Made by a program: the position numbers and the translations under genes. Of a stretch of 64,000 bases of DNA, positions 43,283 to 52,510 are shown in pieces (the stretch's first letter is position 1; each line of letters starts with the position of its first letter). The notes below the pieces were generated by a model. That model was given only the letters and a program-made list of their open reading frames with translations, was not told where the DNA came from and did not search any database. The stretch is from Deltaproteobacteria bacterium (lineage in GTDB: Bacteria > Desulfobacterota > Binatia > HRBIN30 > CADEER01), in the NCBI GenBank assembly GCA_033764095.1, contig JANRJF010000255.1, positions 20,154-84,153 on the forward strand. Direction: 5' to 3'.

Positions 43283-44209
43283 TCAGTTGCGCCGACGGAC
43301 CCAGAGCAGCAGTGCCGGCAGCAGCAGGAGGGCAGCGGCTGAACCGTTGCTCTCGCGCGGCGAAACGACATTGCAGCCGTCGTCGTTGTCGGTCGGCGTG
43401 CGCACACCGATCGTCGGCGTGCGCGTCACCGTGTGCGTCGCCGTCGGCGGCACCGTCGAGGTGATTGTCGCCGTCGCGGTCGGCGTCCCCGGTCCGGACG
43501 TGTCGGTCGCGGTGGCGGTGGCCGTCGGCGTTCCCGGCCCGAAGGTATCGGTCGGAGTGGCCGTCGCGGTCGACGTGGCTTCCGTCGGCGGGGTGTCCGT
43601 CGGCGTGGCAGTCGCGGTCGCCGTAACTGGAGGCGTCGAGGTGACCGTCGGCGTTGCCGTCGGCAGCTGATCCACGATGACGATCGAGCCCCCGCGCGTG
43701 ACGACTGGGATCTCCTGTCCCTCCTCGTCGCCGAGGAAGGGCGACTCGATTTCCAGCGCCACCGTGCCGGTCGGCACGCCCGGCTTGATCAGGAAGTCGC
43801 AGGTCGCAAGGTCACCGTTGCCGAGCGGCGGCAGCGGATCGGGCGTCCCGGAGACGAAGATCTCCAGGTTGAGAACCCCGGGCTCGAGGATACGGCCGCC
43901 GATCGCGTGCGTATCGGCGATGCGCTCGGCGACCGAGCAGCTGTCGGCGACCGGCACGAAGAACTCCAGTTTCTCCGCGTCGAACAACAGATCCATCCCG
44001 GCGCTGACGGCGTTGTCCTGGGCGCGATCCAGTGCCAGCGTCACCGACACCGTCCCGCCCGGCACGCCAGTGCCACCGGTGACCGACAGTTCCGGCAACT
44101 CGATGCCCGCGTAGGCTCGCGTCCCGACCCCTACGAGCATCAAGGCACTGAATGCGGTGGTCGCCAGTCCCATTCCCCAGAGTTGCCGCGCCATGCTGGT
44201 GCGCATCAT
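43283..44209 (-). CDS. cell-surface protein: signal peptide, cohesin-like domain, Thr/Pro-rich linker, C-terminal GC-TM-RRR sorting signal
   Basis: Start ATG-ATG with AAGGAGAGG SD. Cohesin-like pattern (TGVPGGTVSVTLAL...MDLLFDAEKLEFF...CDFLIKPGVPTGTVALEI...GGSIVIV). TATATATPTDTPPTEATST... linker. Terminal GCNVVSPRESNGSAAALLLLPALLLWVRRRN. Confidence 0.75.
   Translation of the reverse strand: MMRTSMARQLWGMGLATTAFSALMLVGVGTRAYAGIELPELSVTGGTGVPGGTVSVTLALDRAQDNAVSAGMDLLFDAEKLEFFVPVADSCSVAERIADTHAIGGRILEPGVLNLEIFVSGTPDPLPPLGNGDLATCDFLIKPGVPTGTVALEIESPFLGDEEGQEIPVVTRGGSIVIVDQLPTATPTVTSTPPVTATATATPTDTPPTEATSTATATPTDTFGPGTPTATATATDTSGPGTPTATATITSTVPPTATHTVTRTPTIGVRTPTDNDDGCNVVSPRESNGSAAALLLLPALLLWVRRRN
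43430..43665. repeat. imperfect tandem nucleotide repeats encoding the Thr/Pro/Ala-rich linker
   Basis: Reiterated gtcgcggt(c/g)gc(c/g)gt...cccggcccg units. The opposite strand reads as a VAVAVGV repeat. Confidence 0.5.
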
Positions 44210-44265
44210 GTCCTCTCCTTCCTTCCCGGTTGTGGTCCTCGCCCTACGCAGCGCCCCCGGTCGAA

Positions 44266-47010
44266 TCATGGACAGCCGAGATTGATGTTGTTGATGGCGA
44301 TGGTGATGTCGTTCGCCCGCACCCGTCCATCGCCGTTGAAGTCGGCCGCCAGGCACGCGTCGAGCGGCTGGGTGCCGTTGATGATGTTGACCATGATGGT
44401 GATCTCGTTGGCGCGCACGCGGCCATCGAGGTTGCAGTCACCGACGCATTCGCACTGATCGTTCACGCAGGCCTGGCGGTCATCCAGGCACTGGCCCGGC
44501 CCGGCCATCGGTCCGTCGCACTCGATGATCGGACGGCACTCGTTGCCCTTGCACTCCGTGCCCGAGGGGCACTCATCCGGCTTCGTGCACGGCGGACGCG
44601 GCTTGATCTCGAGCTCGCCACCACTCACCTGCGCGTCAAACGGGTTGGCGCCCGGATCAGCGATCTCGAGACGGTCGAGATCGTACAGCAGCTGGCTCGT
44701 GCTCGGCGACGCCGCCGGCGCAATGCGGAAGTTGCACTGCCAAACCGGCCCTGAGCCGAAGGAGTCGATCGGCGGCATCTTGTCGATCACCGCAACGCGC
44801 AGCCGGCCCAGACCCGGCGGATTGGTTGGCACCTGCGGCAGCTGCACCTCGGCTTCGAAGGAACCTTCCTGCAGCATGCGCGGATGCAACGTGCAGGCCG
44901 GCGTACCGATCGGGACTTCCAGCAGGGAGAGGTCGTAGAGAATGTCCACCTGCGCGGTGGTGATGTCGTCGCCGCCGGCAAGGCCGATATTCACCGTGAC
45001 GTACTCACCCGGGATGCCGGTGATCTTCGGCACTTCGATGGTGCGGGTCTCGCTGCTGCGGTCGAGCGCGTAGATCAGCGGCGACCCCTCGCCCGGGCAG
45101 CCGAGGCCGAGGTTGTTGACTGCCAGCGTGATGTCACCGGCGGTCACCTCGCCGTCCTGGTTGATGTCGCCCGCCGGGCAGATGCCGATACCGCATCCGC
45201 CACCGACGATGCAGACCATCTTCGTGATCTCACTGCCGAAGACGATACCGTCCAGGTTGCAGTCGCCGCCGCACTCACAGATCCCCTCCAGGCAGGTTTC
45301 ACGAATGCCGCGGCATTCGATCTGACCGTCGGGGCACGGCCGCGGCGGCACGCAGACCATGGCGCGGCACTGCGTCCCCTCCGGGCAGTCCTCGTCGACC
45401 ACACAGGTCGGCAGCGGCGTCGGCGTCACCGTCGGCGTCGACAAATCGCGGCAGACACCGTCGACACAGAACAGACCAGACGGGCAGTCTTCGGTCCTGT
45501 CGCAACGGATCGTCGGCGTCGGCGTCGGCGCCTCCACGCACACGTCGTCGGGGCCGCACACCTGCCCAACCGGGCAGTCGGTGTCACGCTGACACGGAAT
45601 CCTACGGGTGGGTGTCGGCGTCGGCGGCGGTGTATCGGTCTTCGTCGCCGTCGCTTCCACCGTCACGTTGGCGCGGATGTAGGCGTCGAGGTAGCCCTGC
45701 GTGTCGGCCGGCACCAGGTTGGTCGCCAGCGACTGGAACGCAACCCAACCGCCGTTGAGACTGATGCTGGGCGGCAGGTCAGGCACGCTGCCGTTCGCCG
45801 GCAGACCATCGACGCTGGAGCTCACCAGGGTCGTGGTCTGCTGCTGCAGGTCGCGCACATACACCTGCGAGTTGCCGTTGGTAGTCACGCCCGCCAACAG
45901 GTTGCTGGCGAACGACCCGAAGGCGACGAAACGGCCGTCGCCACTGATGCTCGGCGGAATGGCGATGTCGTTGCCCTGCTGGCCCATCTCACCGACGCTG
46001 ACGCGCTGCGTCTCGCCGCTCGTGCAGTCGTGCACGAAGACGTCGGCCGCCTGGTTGGTGTCGCCGGCGACCAGGTTGGTGGCGTTCGACTTGAACGCGA
46101 CGATGGTCCCGTCGGCGTTGAGGGCCGGCAGGAAGCTCATCTGGTTGGCCTCGACCCCGGCGCTGCTGACGCTGGCGCGGCAGTACACGGCGCCGTCACA
46201 GGCCACGTAGATGTCGATCACGCCGTTGGTGTCGGGCGACGAGGGGAGCAGGTTGGTCGCGCCGGAGGCAAAGGCGACACAGCGACCGTCAGCGCTGATC
46301 GACGGGGCCACGCTCGGGCCGTTCGCCTGCACGCCGCCGGGTCCGACACTGATCAGCGTCGTCGTGCCGGCGCTGCGGTCACGGACAAAGACGTCGGAGG
46401 TCTGGTTGGTGTCGTCAGGCACCAGATTGCTCGCGACGGAATGGAACGCCACCAGGTTGCAGTTGCTGTTCACGCTGGTGAACGAACTGCCGCCGTCGGT
46501 GGGACCATCGATCCCGACGCTGATCAACTCGGTGGTGGATCTCGTCAGGTCACGCACGTAGACGTCGGTGCGCCCGTTGGTGTCGTTCGGCACCAGGTTG
46601 GTCGCGTCGGAACTGAACGCCACGCAGGTGCAGTCGCTGTCGATCGACGGACGGAACCGCTGCGCCTGACTCGGCCCGTTCGCCGCCTGGCCGCTCGAAT
46701 TGACGCTGACGCGCGTGGTCTGCTCCGCATCGCGGTTGTAGACATACACGTCGGTGAAACCGTTGGTGTCGTTCGGAACCAGGTTGGTGGCATCCGAGTA
46801 GAACGCGACGCAGCGGCCATCGGCGCTCGGCACCGCGCCGCTGCTGTTGCCGTTCGGCTGGCCGCCGCTGGCGCTGACGCTGACCAACTCGACCGGCGGA
46901 TACGGATTCAGCGGCGCGGTCTTGGCCACCTGACCGGTGAGGGTCAGCACGGCAACGAACACGCCCACTCCACACAACGCAACGGTGACCGCTTTTCGTC
47001 CGGCGTTCAT
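44266..47010 (-). CDS. large secreted multidomain protein: 7x PD40/TolB-like beta-propeller repeats, Cys-rich modules, cohesin-like domain, two dockerin (type I-like) modules
   Basis: ATG at 47010 with GGGGAGGTG SD. Signal/TM AVTVALCGVGVFVAVLTL. Seven ~44-aa repeats S.DGR.VAF.S.A.NLV..DTN...DV.V.D. Modules C..D.DCP.G..C....C. Dockerin pairs GDCNLDG.V...EIT.MV / GDINQDGEVTAGDITLAVNNLG and DCNLDGRVRANEITIMVNIING / DFNGDGRVRANDITIAINNINLG. Cohesin-like GIPGEYVTVNIGLAGG...VDILYDLSLLEV. Confidence 0.8.
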   Translation of the reverse strand: MNAGRKAVTVALCGVGVFVAVLTLTGQVAKTAPLNPYPPVELVSVSASGGQPNGNSSGAVPSADGRCVAFYSDATNLVPNDTNGFTDVYVYNRDAEQTTRVSVNSSGQAANGPSQAQRFRPSIDSDCTCVAFSSDATNLVPNDTNGRTDVYVRDLTRSTTELISVGIDGPTDGGSSFTSVNSNCNLVAFHSVASNLVPDDTNQTSDVFVRDRSAGTTTLISVGPGGVQANGPSVAPSISADGRCVAFASGATNLLPSSPDTNGVIDIYVACDGAVYCRASVSSAGVEANQMSFLPALNADGTIVAFKSNATNLVAGDTNQAADVFVHDCTSGETQRVSVGEMGQQGNDIAIPPSISGDGRFVAFGSFASNLLAGVTTNGNSQVYVRDLQQQTTTLVSSSVDGLPANGSVPDLPPSISLNGGWVAFQSLATNLVPADTQGYLDAYIRANVTVEATATKTDTPPPTPTPTRRIPCQRDTDCPVGQVCGPDDVCVEAPTPTPTIRCDRTEDCPSGLFCVDGVCRDLSTPTVTPTPLPTCVVDEDCPEGTQCRAMVCVPPRPCPDGQIECRGIRETCLEGICECGGDCNLDGIVFGSEITKMVCIVGGGCGIGICPAGDINQDGEVTAGDITLAVNNLGLGCPGEGSPLIYALDRSSETRTIEVPKITGIPGEYVTVNIGLAGGDDITTAQVDILYDLSLLEVPIGTPACTLHPRMLQEGSFEAEVQLPQVPTNPPGLGRLRVAVIDKMPPIDSFGSGPVWQCNFRIAPAASPSTSQLLYDLDRLEIADPGANPFDAQVSGGELEIKPRPPCTKPDECPSGTECKGNECRPIIECDGPMAGPGQCLDDRQACVNDQCECVGDCNLDGRVRANEITIMVNIINGTQPLDACLAADFNGDGRVRANDITIAINNINLGCP

Positions 47011-47386
47011 GTCGGTCTCACCTCCCCTAAATCCGACGCGCCGCGCAGCGTGCCCGTTGCCTGCGCGACACGGCACTCACATCGTCTCGCGACCGCGCAT
47101 GCCGAACACCGCCGCTCCACTCCGGCGTCGGCACTCAGGCTCTCGAGCCGTCGAGCCGAGGTTTCGGATCTTTCCGTTCACGCGCGTGTCGACCAACTCG
47201 TCTGCGACTGGTTTCAGTGCCGGCACCGTACAATGTTCAACGGCAAAGTCAAGGATGTTTGATGCATGACAGAGCAGCATCAGATAGCCCAAAGATTGTT
47301 TGCTGACGCCGACTTGCACCGGGCACGCGATGCTGATTGTCGCATGCATAACGCAAGTCGCGGGGCGCGGCGGGTGACCTGGTAAG

Positions 47387-47459
47387 TGGAGCTGAGCGGA
47401 GTCGAACCGCCGACCTCCTGAATGCCATTCAGGCGCTCTCCCAACTGAGCTACAGCCCC
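47387..47459 (-). tRNA. tRNA-Ala (anticodon GGC)
   Basis: 73-nt cloverleaf: GGGGCTG/CAGCTCC acceptor stem with the G3:U70 Ala identity pair. D-arm GCTCAGTTGGGAGAGC. Anticodon loop ATGGCAT. T-arm GGCGGTTCGACTCCGCT. Discriminator A, no encoded CCA. Confidence 0.9.
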
Positions 47460-47522
47460 GCACCCGCCGCGCGGGTCCCTGGCTGTAGCGAGAATCGACA
47501 GGAGCCGCAAGACCATCCGCCC

Positions 47523-48869
47523 CTACTCGGCTGCCTCATCGCGACGCCGGCGGCGCTCGCCAAGGCGGGCGACCATCGCCGCCTCCGCCCCATCCTGGCG
47601 GCCCCGGTAGTATTGCCGACCGACCAGCGCGTCGGGCAGGTGATCGTGGCCCACCTGCCCACCTGGCTGGTCGTGCGCGTACTGGTAGCCCCGTCCATAC
47701 CCGAGATCTTTCATGAGCCGCGTCGGCGCGTTGCGCAGCTGCAGCGGCACCGGCAGCGGACCGTGCCGGGCAACGTCCTCGGCAGCCGCCTGCATTGCGG
47801 AGTAGGCGCTGTTCGATTTGGGAGCCGCCGCCAGGTAGACCGCCGCCTCGGCCAGCGGAATCCGCCCTTCGGGCAGACCGACGAACGCGACCGCCTGCTG
47901 CGCCGCAACTGCCAGCGAGAGGGCCTGCGGATCGGCCAACCCCACGTCTTCCGCCGCGAAGATGACCATGCGGCGCGCGACGAAGAGCGGATCCTCGCCC
48001 GCGTCGAGCATCCGCAGCATCCAATAGAGGGCCGCGTCCGCATCGCTGCCGCGCATGCTTTTTATGAACGCCGACGCGATGTTGTAGTGCTCGTCGCCGT
48101 CCTTGTCATAGCGGATGGCGCGGCGCTGGGCGGCTTCCTCGACGAGCTCGGCGGTGAGACGCGACGCCCCCCGCAAGGCGGCCAGATCCGCTGCCGCTTC
48201 CAGGATATTGAGTCCCGACCGCGCGTCGCCGTGCGCCAGCTGCACCAACGCATCGAGCGCTTCTGCGTCGGCCGTCAGTCCGTGCCCGCCCAGACCTCGT
48301 TCCACGTCGGTCAGCGCCCGTTCGATCAGCCCGCGCAGATCCTCGGCCGCCAACGGCTCGAGCGTCAGCACAGTGGCGCGCGAGAGCAGCGGCGCGATGA
48401 TCTCGAACGAGGGATTCTCGGTGGTCGCCCCGATGAGGATCACGGTGCCGTCCTCGACGTGCGGGAGGAAGGCATCCTGCTGGGCCTTGTTGAAACGGTG
48501 AATCTCGTCGACGAAGAGGATGGTACGCCGGCCGCGCCGGCGCTCCTCGCGGGCCTCCTCGATCACCACGCGCAGTTCCTTCACACCCGACAACACGGCG
48601 GAGAAGGCCACGAAGCGCGCCTGGCTGGCGCCGGCGATGACGCGCGCCAGCGATGTCTTCCCACTCCCCGGCGGTCCCCAGAGGATGAGCGAGTGGACCC
48701 GGCCGGCTTCGACCATGTCCCGCAACAACCGGCGCGCCCCGACGAGGTGCGCCTGACCGACGTACTCGGCCAACGAGCGCGGCCGCATCCGCTCGGCGAG
48801 CGGCGCATCCAGGGAGGCGGGCGGTTCATTCGCCGCGAAGAGCGACGGTTGGTCGCCAGAGCGCCGCAT
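47523..48869 (-). CDS. rarA: replication-associated recombination protein A (AAA+ ATPase)
   Basis: PLAERMRPRSLAEYVGQ, Walker A GPPGSGKTS, Walker B ILFVDEIHRFNK, and the MgsA C-terminal domain. Confidence 0.9.
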   Translation of the reverse strand: MRRSGDQPSLFAANEPPASLDAPLAERMRPRSLAEYVGQAHLVGARRLLRDMVEAGRVHSLILWGPPGSGKTSLARVIAGASQARFVAFSAVLSGVKELRVVIEEAREERRRGRRTILFVDEIHRFNKAQQDAFLPHVEDGTVILIGATTENPSFEIIAPLLSRATVLTLEPLAAEDLRGLIERALTDVERGLGGHGLTADAEALDALVQLAHGDARSGLNILEAAADLAALRGASRLTAELVEEAAQRRAIRYDKDGDEHYNIASAFIKSMRGSDADAALYWMLRMLDAGEDPLFVARRMVIFAAEDVGLADPQALSLAVAAQQAVAFVGLPEGRIPLAEAAVYLAAAPKSNSAYSAMQAAAEDVARHGPLPVPLQLRNAPTRLMKDLGYGRGYQYAHDQPGGQVGHDHLPDALVGRQYYRGRQDGAEAAMVARLGERRRRRDEAAE

Positions 48870-48948
48870 AGACAGACCCTATCACAGCGGCGGCAGAGCG
48901 CAGCTCGGCATCTGGCTGGCGCCGTGAACGGCGTGGTATGGTCCGGCG

Positions 48949-49797
48949 GTGCGCCAGGTTGGGATCGTCGTCAAGCGCGGGCGCGACGAAGCGGTCGCGT
49001 TGGGACGGGATCTCGTACCGTGGCTGCGCACCCGCCAACTGACGCCGCTCGCCGAAACGCACGTCGCGGAGGCGCTCGACTGCACGCCGGGGCTCCCGCT
49101 GGCGTCGCTGGTCGCCGAAGCTGACCTGGTGGTCGTGCTGGGCGGCGACGGCACGTTGCTCGGTGTGGCGCGCCACATCGGTCGCCGCGCCGTGCCGGTG
49201 CTCGGCGTCAATCTCGGCGGTCTCGGCTTCCTCACCAGCGTCACCACCGACGAGCTCTACCCGGTGCTCGCCGACGCGCTCGAGGGGCGCGTGCAGATCG
49301 ACCCGCGCATGACCCTCGACGTCCACATGCCGGGGCAGCCGCAGCCACAGCGGGTGCTGAACGACGTCGTCATCAGCAAGGGCGGGGCGCGCGCCCGCAT
49401 CATCGACCTCGACACGCGCGTCGACGGCGAGGTGGTCTGCACCTACAAGGCCGACGGGCTCATCGTCGCCACGCCGACCGGATCGACGGCGTACTCGCTC
49501 TCGGCCGGTGGACCGATCGTGTACCCGTCGCTCGACGTGATCCTGCTGTCGCCGATCTGCCCGCACACGCTCACCAACCGGCCGATGCTGGTACCCGGCG
49601 GAGCGACCGTCCGCGTCACGCCGCGCTCGCCCGATGGCCACGTCGAGGTCACGCTGGATGGTCAGGTCGGGGTGTCGCTGGGCGACGGCGAGGTGGTCGA
49701 GATCCGCAAGAGCGAGACGGTCGTCCCGCTCGTCCGACCGCGCGAGCGGAGTTACTTCGGCGTCCTGCGCAACAAACTGCGCTGGGGCGAGCGGTGA
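48949..49797 (+). CDS. nadK: NAD(+) kinase
   Basis: GTG start. GGDGTLL motif and NadK family pattern (NDVVI...[21 protein letters not shown]). Confidence 0.9.
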   Translation: MRQVGIVVKRGRDEAVALGRDLVPWLRTRQLTPLAETHVAEALDCTPGLPLASLVAEADLVVVLGGDGTLLGVARHIGRRAVPVLGVNLGGLGFLTSVTTDELYPVLADALEGRVQIDPRMTLDVHMPGQPQPQRVLNDVVISKGGARARIIDLDTRVDGEVVCTYKADGLIVATPTGSTAYSLSAGGPIVYPSLDVILLSPICPHTLTNRPMLVPGGATVRVTPRSPDGHVEVTLDGQVGVSLGDGEVVEIRKSETVVPLVRPRERSYFGVLRNKLRWGER

Positions 49798-49815
49798 GCC
49801 GAAGGCGCTCTGACC

Positions 49816-51480
49816 ATGCTGCGCGAGCTGCGCATTCGCGACGTCGCGATCATCGACGACCTGACGCTCACCTTCGGCCCCGGCCTGAACGTCATCACCG
49901 GTGAGACCGGCGCCGGAAAGAGCATCATCCTGCAGTCACTTGCGCTGCTGTGCGGCGGCCGCGGCAGCGCCGACCTGATCCGCGGCGACGCCGACGCGGC
50001 GCTGGTCGAGGGGCTGTTCGATGGTGGACTACCCGACGACGTGCGCGACGCGCTCGGGATGGACGCCGATGACGAAGTGCTCGTCCGCCGCCATCTGACG
50101 CGCGCCGGCAAGGGCCGCATCCAGGTGAACGGCGGCCCCCTCACCCTCGCCCTGCTGTCGCAGCTCGGCGAGCACCTGGTGCACGTGTACGGGCAGCACG
50201 AGCAGGCTCATCTCCTCCGGCCGAGCAGCCATCGCGAGTTGCTCGATCGCTACGCCGAAGCGGGGCCGCCGCAGCGCCAGGTCGCTGAGGCATACGCTGC
50301 CTTCGCCGCCGCGCGGCGCCGCCGCGACGAACAGCAGGCGCGCGCCGCGGCATTGGTCGAACGCCGCGATCTGCTGGAGTTTCAACAGCGCGAGCTGTCG
50401 GCCGCCGCCCCGCGCGCCGGCGAGGAGGCGGCGCTGCGCGAGGAGCGCGAGCTGCTGCGCCACGCGGAGCGCCTGCAGAGCGCCTGTCGCGAGGGGGATG
50501 TCGCGTTGTACTCGGGCCACGGCGCCATGGTCAGCGCGCTCGCTCGCTTGCAGGCGCAGCTCGACGAGTTGTCGACGGTCGCGCCGCTGCTCGCGCCGAT
50601 CGCCGAGCTGGTCGAGGGTGGTCGCGTGCAACTCGAGGAGGCGGCGCTGCAGCTCCGCGCCGCCGGCGCCCGGCTCGACGCCGATCCGGCGCGCCTCGAC
50701 GACGTCGAGGAACGCCTCGCGTTACTGCAACGGCTGGCGCGCAAGTACGGCGTCGAGGTCGACGGCCTGGCCGACACCCTGGCAACGGTCGAGCGCGACC
50801 TGGCAACGCTGGCGAGCGATGCCAGCGACGCGGCGGCGGCGGAGACCGCGCTCGCCGCGCTGCGCGAGGCAGCGCTCGTCGCGGCGCGCGACCTCTCGCG
50901 GCGACGACGCGCGGCGGCGAAACGGCTGGAACGAGCGATGGTCGGCGAGCTCGCCGCGCTCGGCATGCAGGGCGCGATCTTTCGCGTCGAGCTCACCAGC
51001 GACGAATCCGGACTCAACGCCGACGGGATCGACCAGATCGAGTTCTTCCTCTCCGCCAATCCCGGCGAGCCTCCCAAGCCCCTCACCCGCGTCGCCTCCG
51101 GCGGCGAGCTGTCGCGCATCCTGTTGGCACTGAAGGCACTCACCGCTTCAGTCGGCGAGACGCCCATCCTCATCATCGACGAGGTCGACGCCGGGATCGG
51201 CGGCACCGTCGCCGATGCGGTGGCGCGCCGACTCCGTACGCTGGCGGCGAACCGACAATTGCTGTGCATCACCCACCTGCCGCAGATCGCCGCGTATGCC
51301 GACCAACACTTCGCCGTCGAGAAGGGCCTGACCAACGGCCGCACGCAAACGCGCGCGCGCGCCCTCGACGCCGGCGCGCGCGTCGCCGAGGTGTCGCGCA
51401 TGCTCGGCGGCGACACGGCGCCGGCCGAAGCGGAGCGTTACGCCAAGCGCCTGATCGCCGAAGCGCGCCGCCTCGGCTGA
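49816..51480 (+). CDS. recN: DNA repair protein RecN
   Basis: MLRELRIRDVAIIDDLTLTFGPGLNVITGETGAGKSI, coiled coils, C-terminal SMC signature and D-loop (LIIDEVDAGIGG). nadK-recN linkage is conserved. Confidence 0.92.
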   Translation: MLRELRIRDVAIIDDLTLTFGPGLNVITGETGAGKSIILQSLALLCGGRGSADLIRGDADAALVEGLFDGGLPDDVRDALGMDADDEVLVRRHLTRAGKGRIQVNGGPLTLALLSQLGEHLVHVYGQHEQAHLLRPSSHRELLDRYAEAGPPQRQVAEAYAAFAAARRRRDEQQARAAALVERRDLLEFQQRELSAAAPRAGEEAALREERELLRHAERLQSACREGDVALYSGHGAMVSALARLQAQLDELSTVAPLLAPIAELVEGGRVQLEEAALQLRAAGARLDADPARLDDVEERLALLQRLARKYGVEVDGLADTLATVERDLATLASDASDAAAAETALAALREAALVAARDLSRRRRAAAKRLERAMVGELAALGMQGAIFRVELTSDESGLNADGIDQIEFFLSANPGEPPKPLTRVASGGELSRILLALKALTASVGETPILIIDEVDAGIGGTVADAVARRLRTLAANRQLLCITHLPQIAAYADQHFAVEKGLTNGRTQTRARALDAGARVAEVSRMLGGDTAPAEAERYAKRLIAEARRLG

Positions 51481-51594
51481 CGGCGCCGAACGCCTTGACA
51501 TCATTCCGACGGGCACACTAAACCCGCGCGCAGTCGTCTTGGACATCCACAGGGCGTCAGCGCCAGGGGGGGCCTGGCTCGGAAGGAGGAGGCG

Positions 51595-52503
51595 ATGTTG
51601 GGTGCAGCGTTGAGAACTGTCGCGCTCACGGTGCTGGTGTGTTCGTGCGTCGGCGCCGCGGCCGCACAGCCCGAGCCTGGCGCGGCAGACACGTCCGGCA
51701 CGACCACCACGACCGCCAGCACGCCGGACGTCGCGGTGACCGACCGCGATCGCGTCTGGGCCAACTTCACCCGCGAAGCCGCCGTGGTGGGCGAGAACCG
51801 CTTCTGGGTCGAACTGCGCGGCATGATCCTGCAGACGGGGAACTTCCCGACCCTGGGTTTGAACGGCTATCCCGTCCGTGACTTCGAGAAGCAGACCGGC
51901 AAGACGGTCGAGAACATCGACGGCGGGCGCTTCGACCTGATCGGCGCCTACGGCCTGGGAAAGATGGGCGAGATCGGCATCGACCTCCCCTTTGTCATGC
52001 AACAGCAGATCGAGTTCACCGACGGCTCCTTCCAGAACGACGCCAATGTCGGCGACCTGGTTCTGTACGGCAAGTTCATGCAGCAGCTGGCGCAGGACTG
52101 GAATGGCGCCGTGGGCATGGAGCTGAGTGCGCCCACCGGCCCGGTGGACGAGATGCTCGGCTCCGGCGATCTCGGCCTCAACCCGTTCCTGTCGACCCGC
52201 TACCAGTCGGGTCGCGTCGGCGTCGGCGGCCACCTCGGCTTCCTGTTCAACACCGGCAGCCAGCCGCAGGTGTTCAACTGGAGCGTCGAGTTCCTGGCGC
52301 GCGCCAACAAGCAGCTGGCGCTGCGCACCGAGGTGAGCGGCCGCCTGTTCAACGACGACGGCACGATCAACGACATCTCGATCTGGCCGGGCTTCGACTT
52401 TAACCTGACCGACTACTTCATCATCCGACCGCAGGGCCTGGTGCACGCCACCGATGACGCGATCAATTGGGGCATCGGCATCGGCTTCGTCGTGACGATG
52501 TGA
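51595..52503 (+). CDS. hypothetical secreted protein (possible outer-membrane beta-barrel)
   Basis: Signal peptide VALTVLVCSCVGAAAA, Thr-rich stretch, then alternating-polarity strands. GGAGGAGG SD. No domain assigned. Confidence 0.55.
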   Translation: MLGAALRTVALTVLVCSCVGAAAAQPEPGAADTSGTTTTTASTPDVAVTDRDRVWANFTREAAVVGENRFWVELRGMILQTGNFPTLGLNGYPVRDFEKQTGKTVENIDGGRFDLIGAYGLGKMGEIGIDLPFVMQQQIEFTDGSFQNDANVGDLVLYGKFMQQLAQDWNGAVGMELSAPTGPVDEMLGSGDLGLNPFLSTRYQSGRVGVGGHLGFLFNTGSQPQVFNWSVEFLARANKQLALRTEVSGRLFNDDGTINDISIWPGFDFNLTDYFIIRPQGLVHATDDAINWGIGIGFVVTM

Positions 52504-52510
52504 GGCGCGG

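Noticed and set aside
44884-47262. 792-aa plus ORF antisense to the PD40-cohesin-dockerin gene (also 38828-40435 and 40126-41394 antisense to the paralogs)
   Set aside because: Arg/Gly/Ala/Val-rich shadow frames. The sense strand encodes repeat- and motif-rich proteins with signal peptides and SD-preceded starts.
47077-47516. Minus-strand ORFs of 128 and 78 aa overlapping the tRNA-Ala region
   Set aside because: They run through a well-folded tRNA gene and an AT-rich spacer. No SD or motif support.
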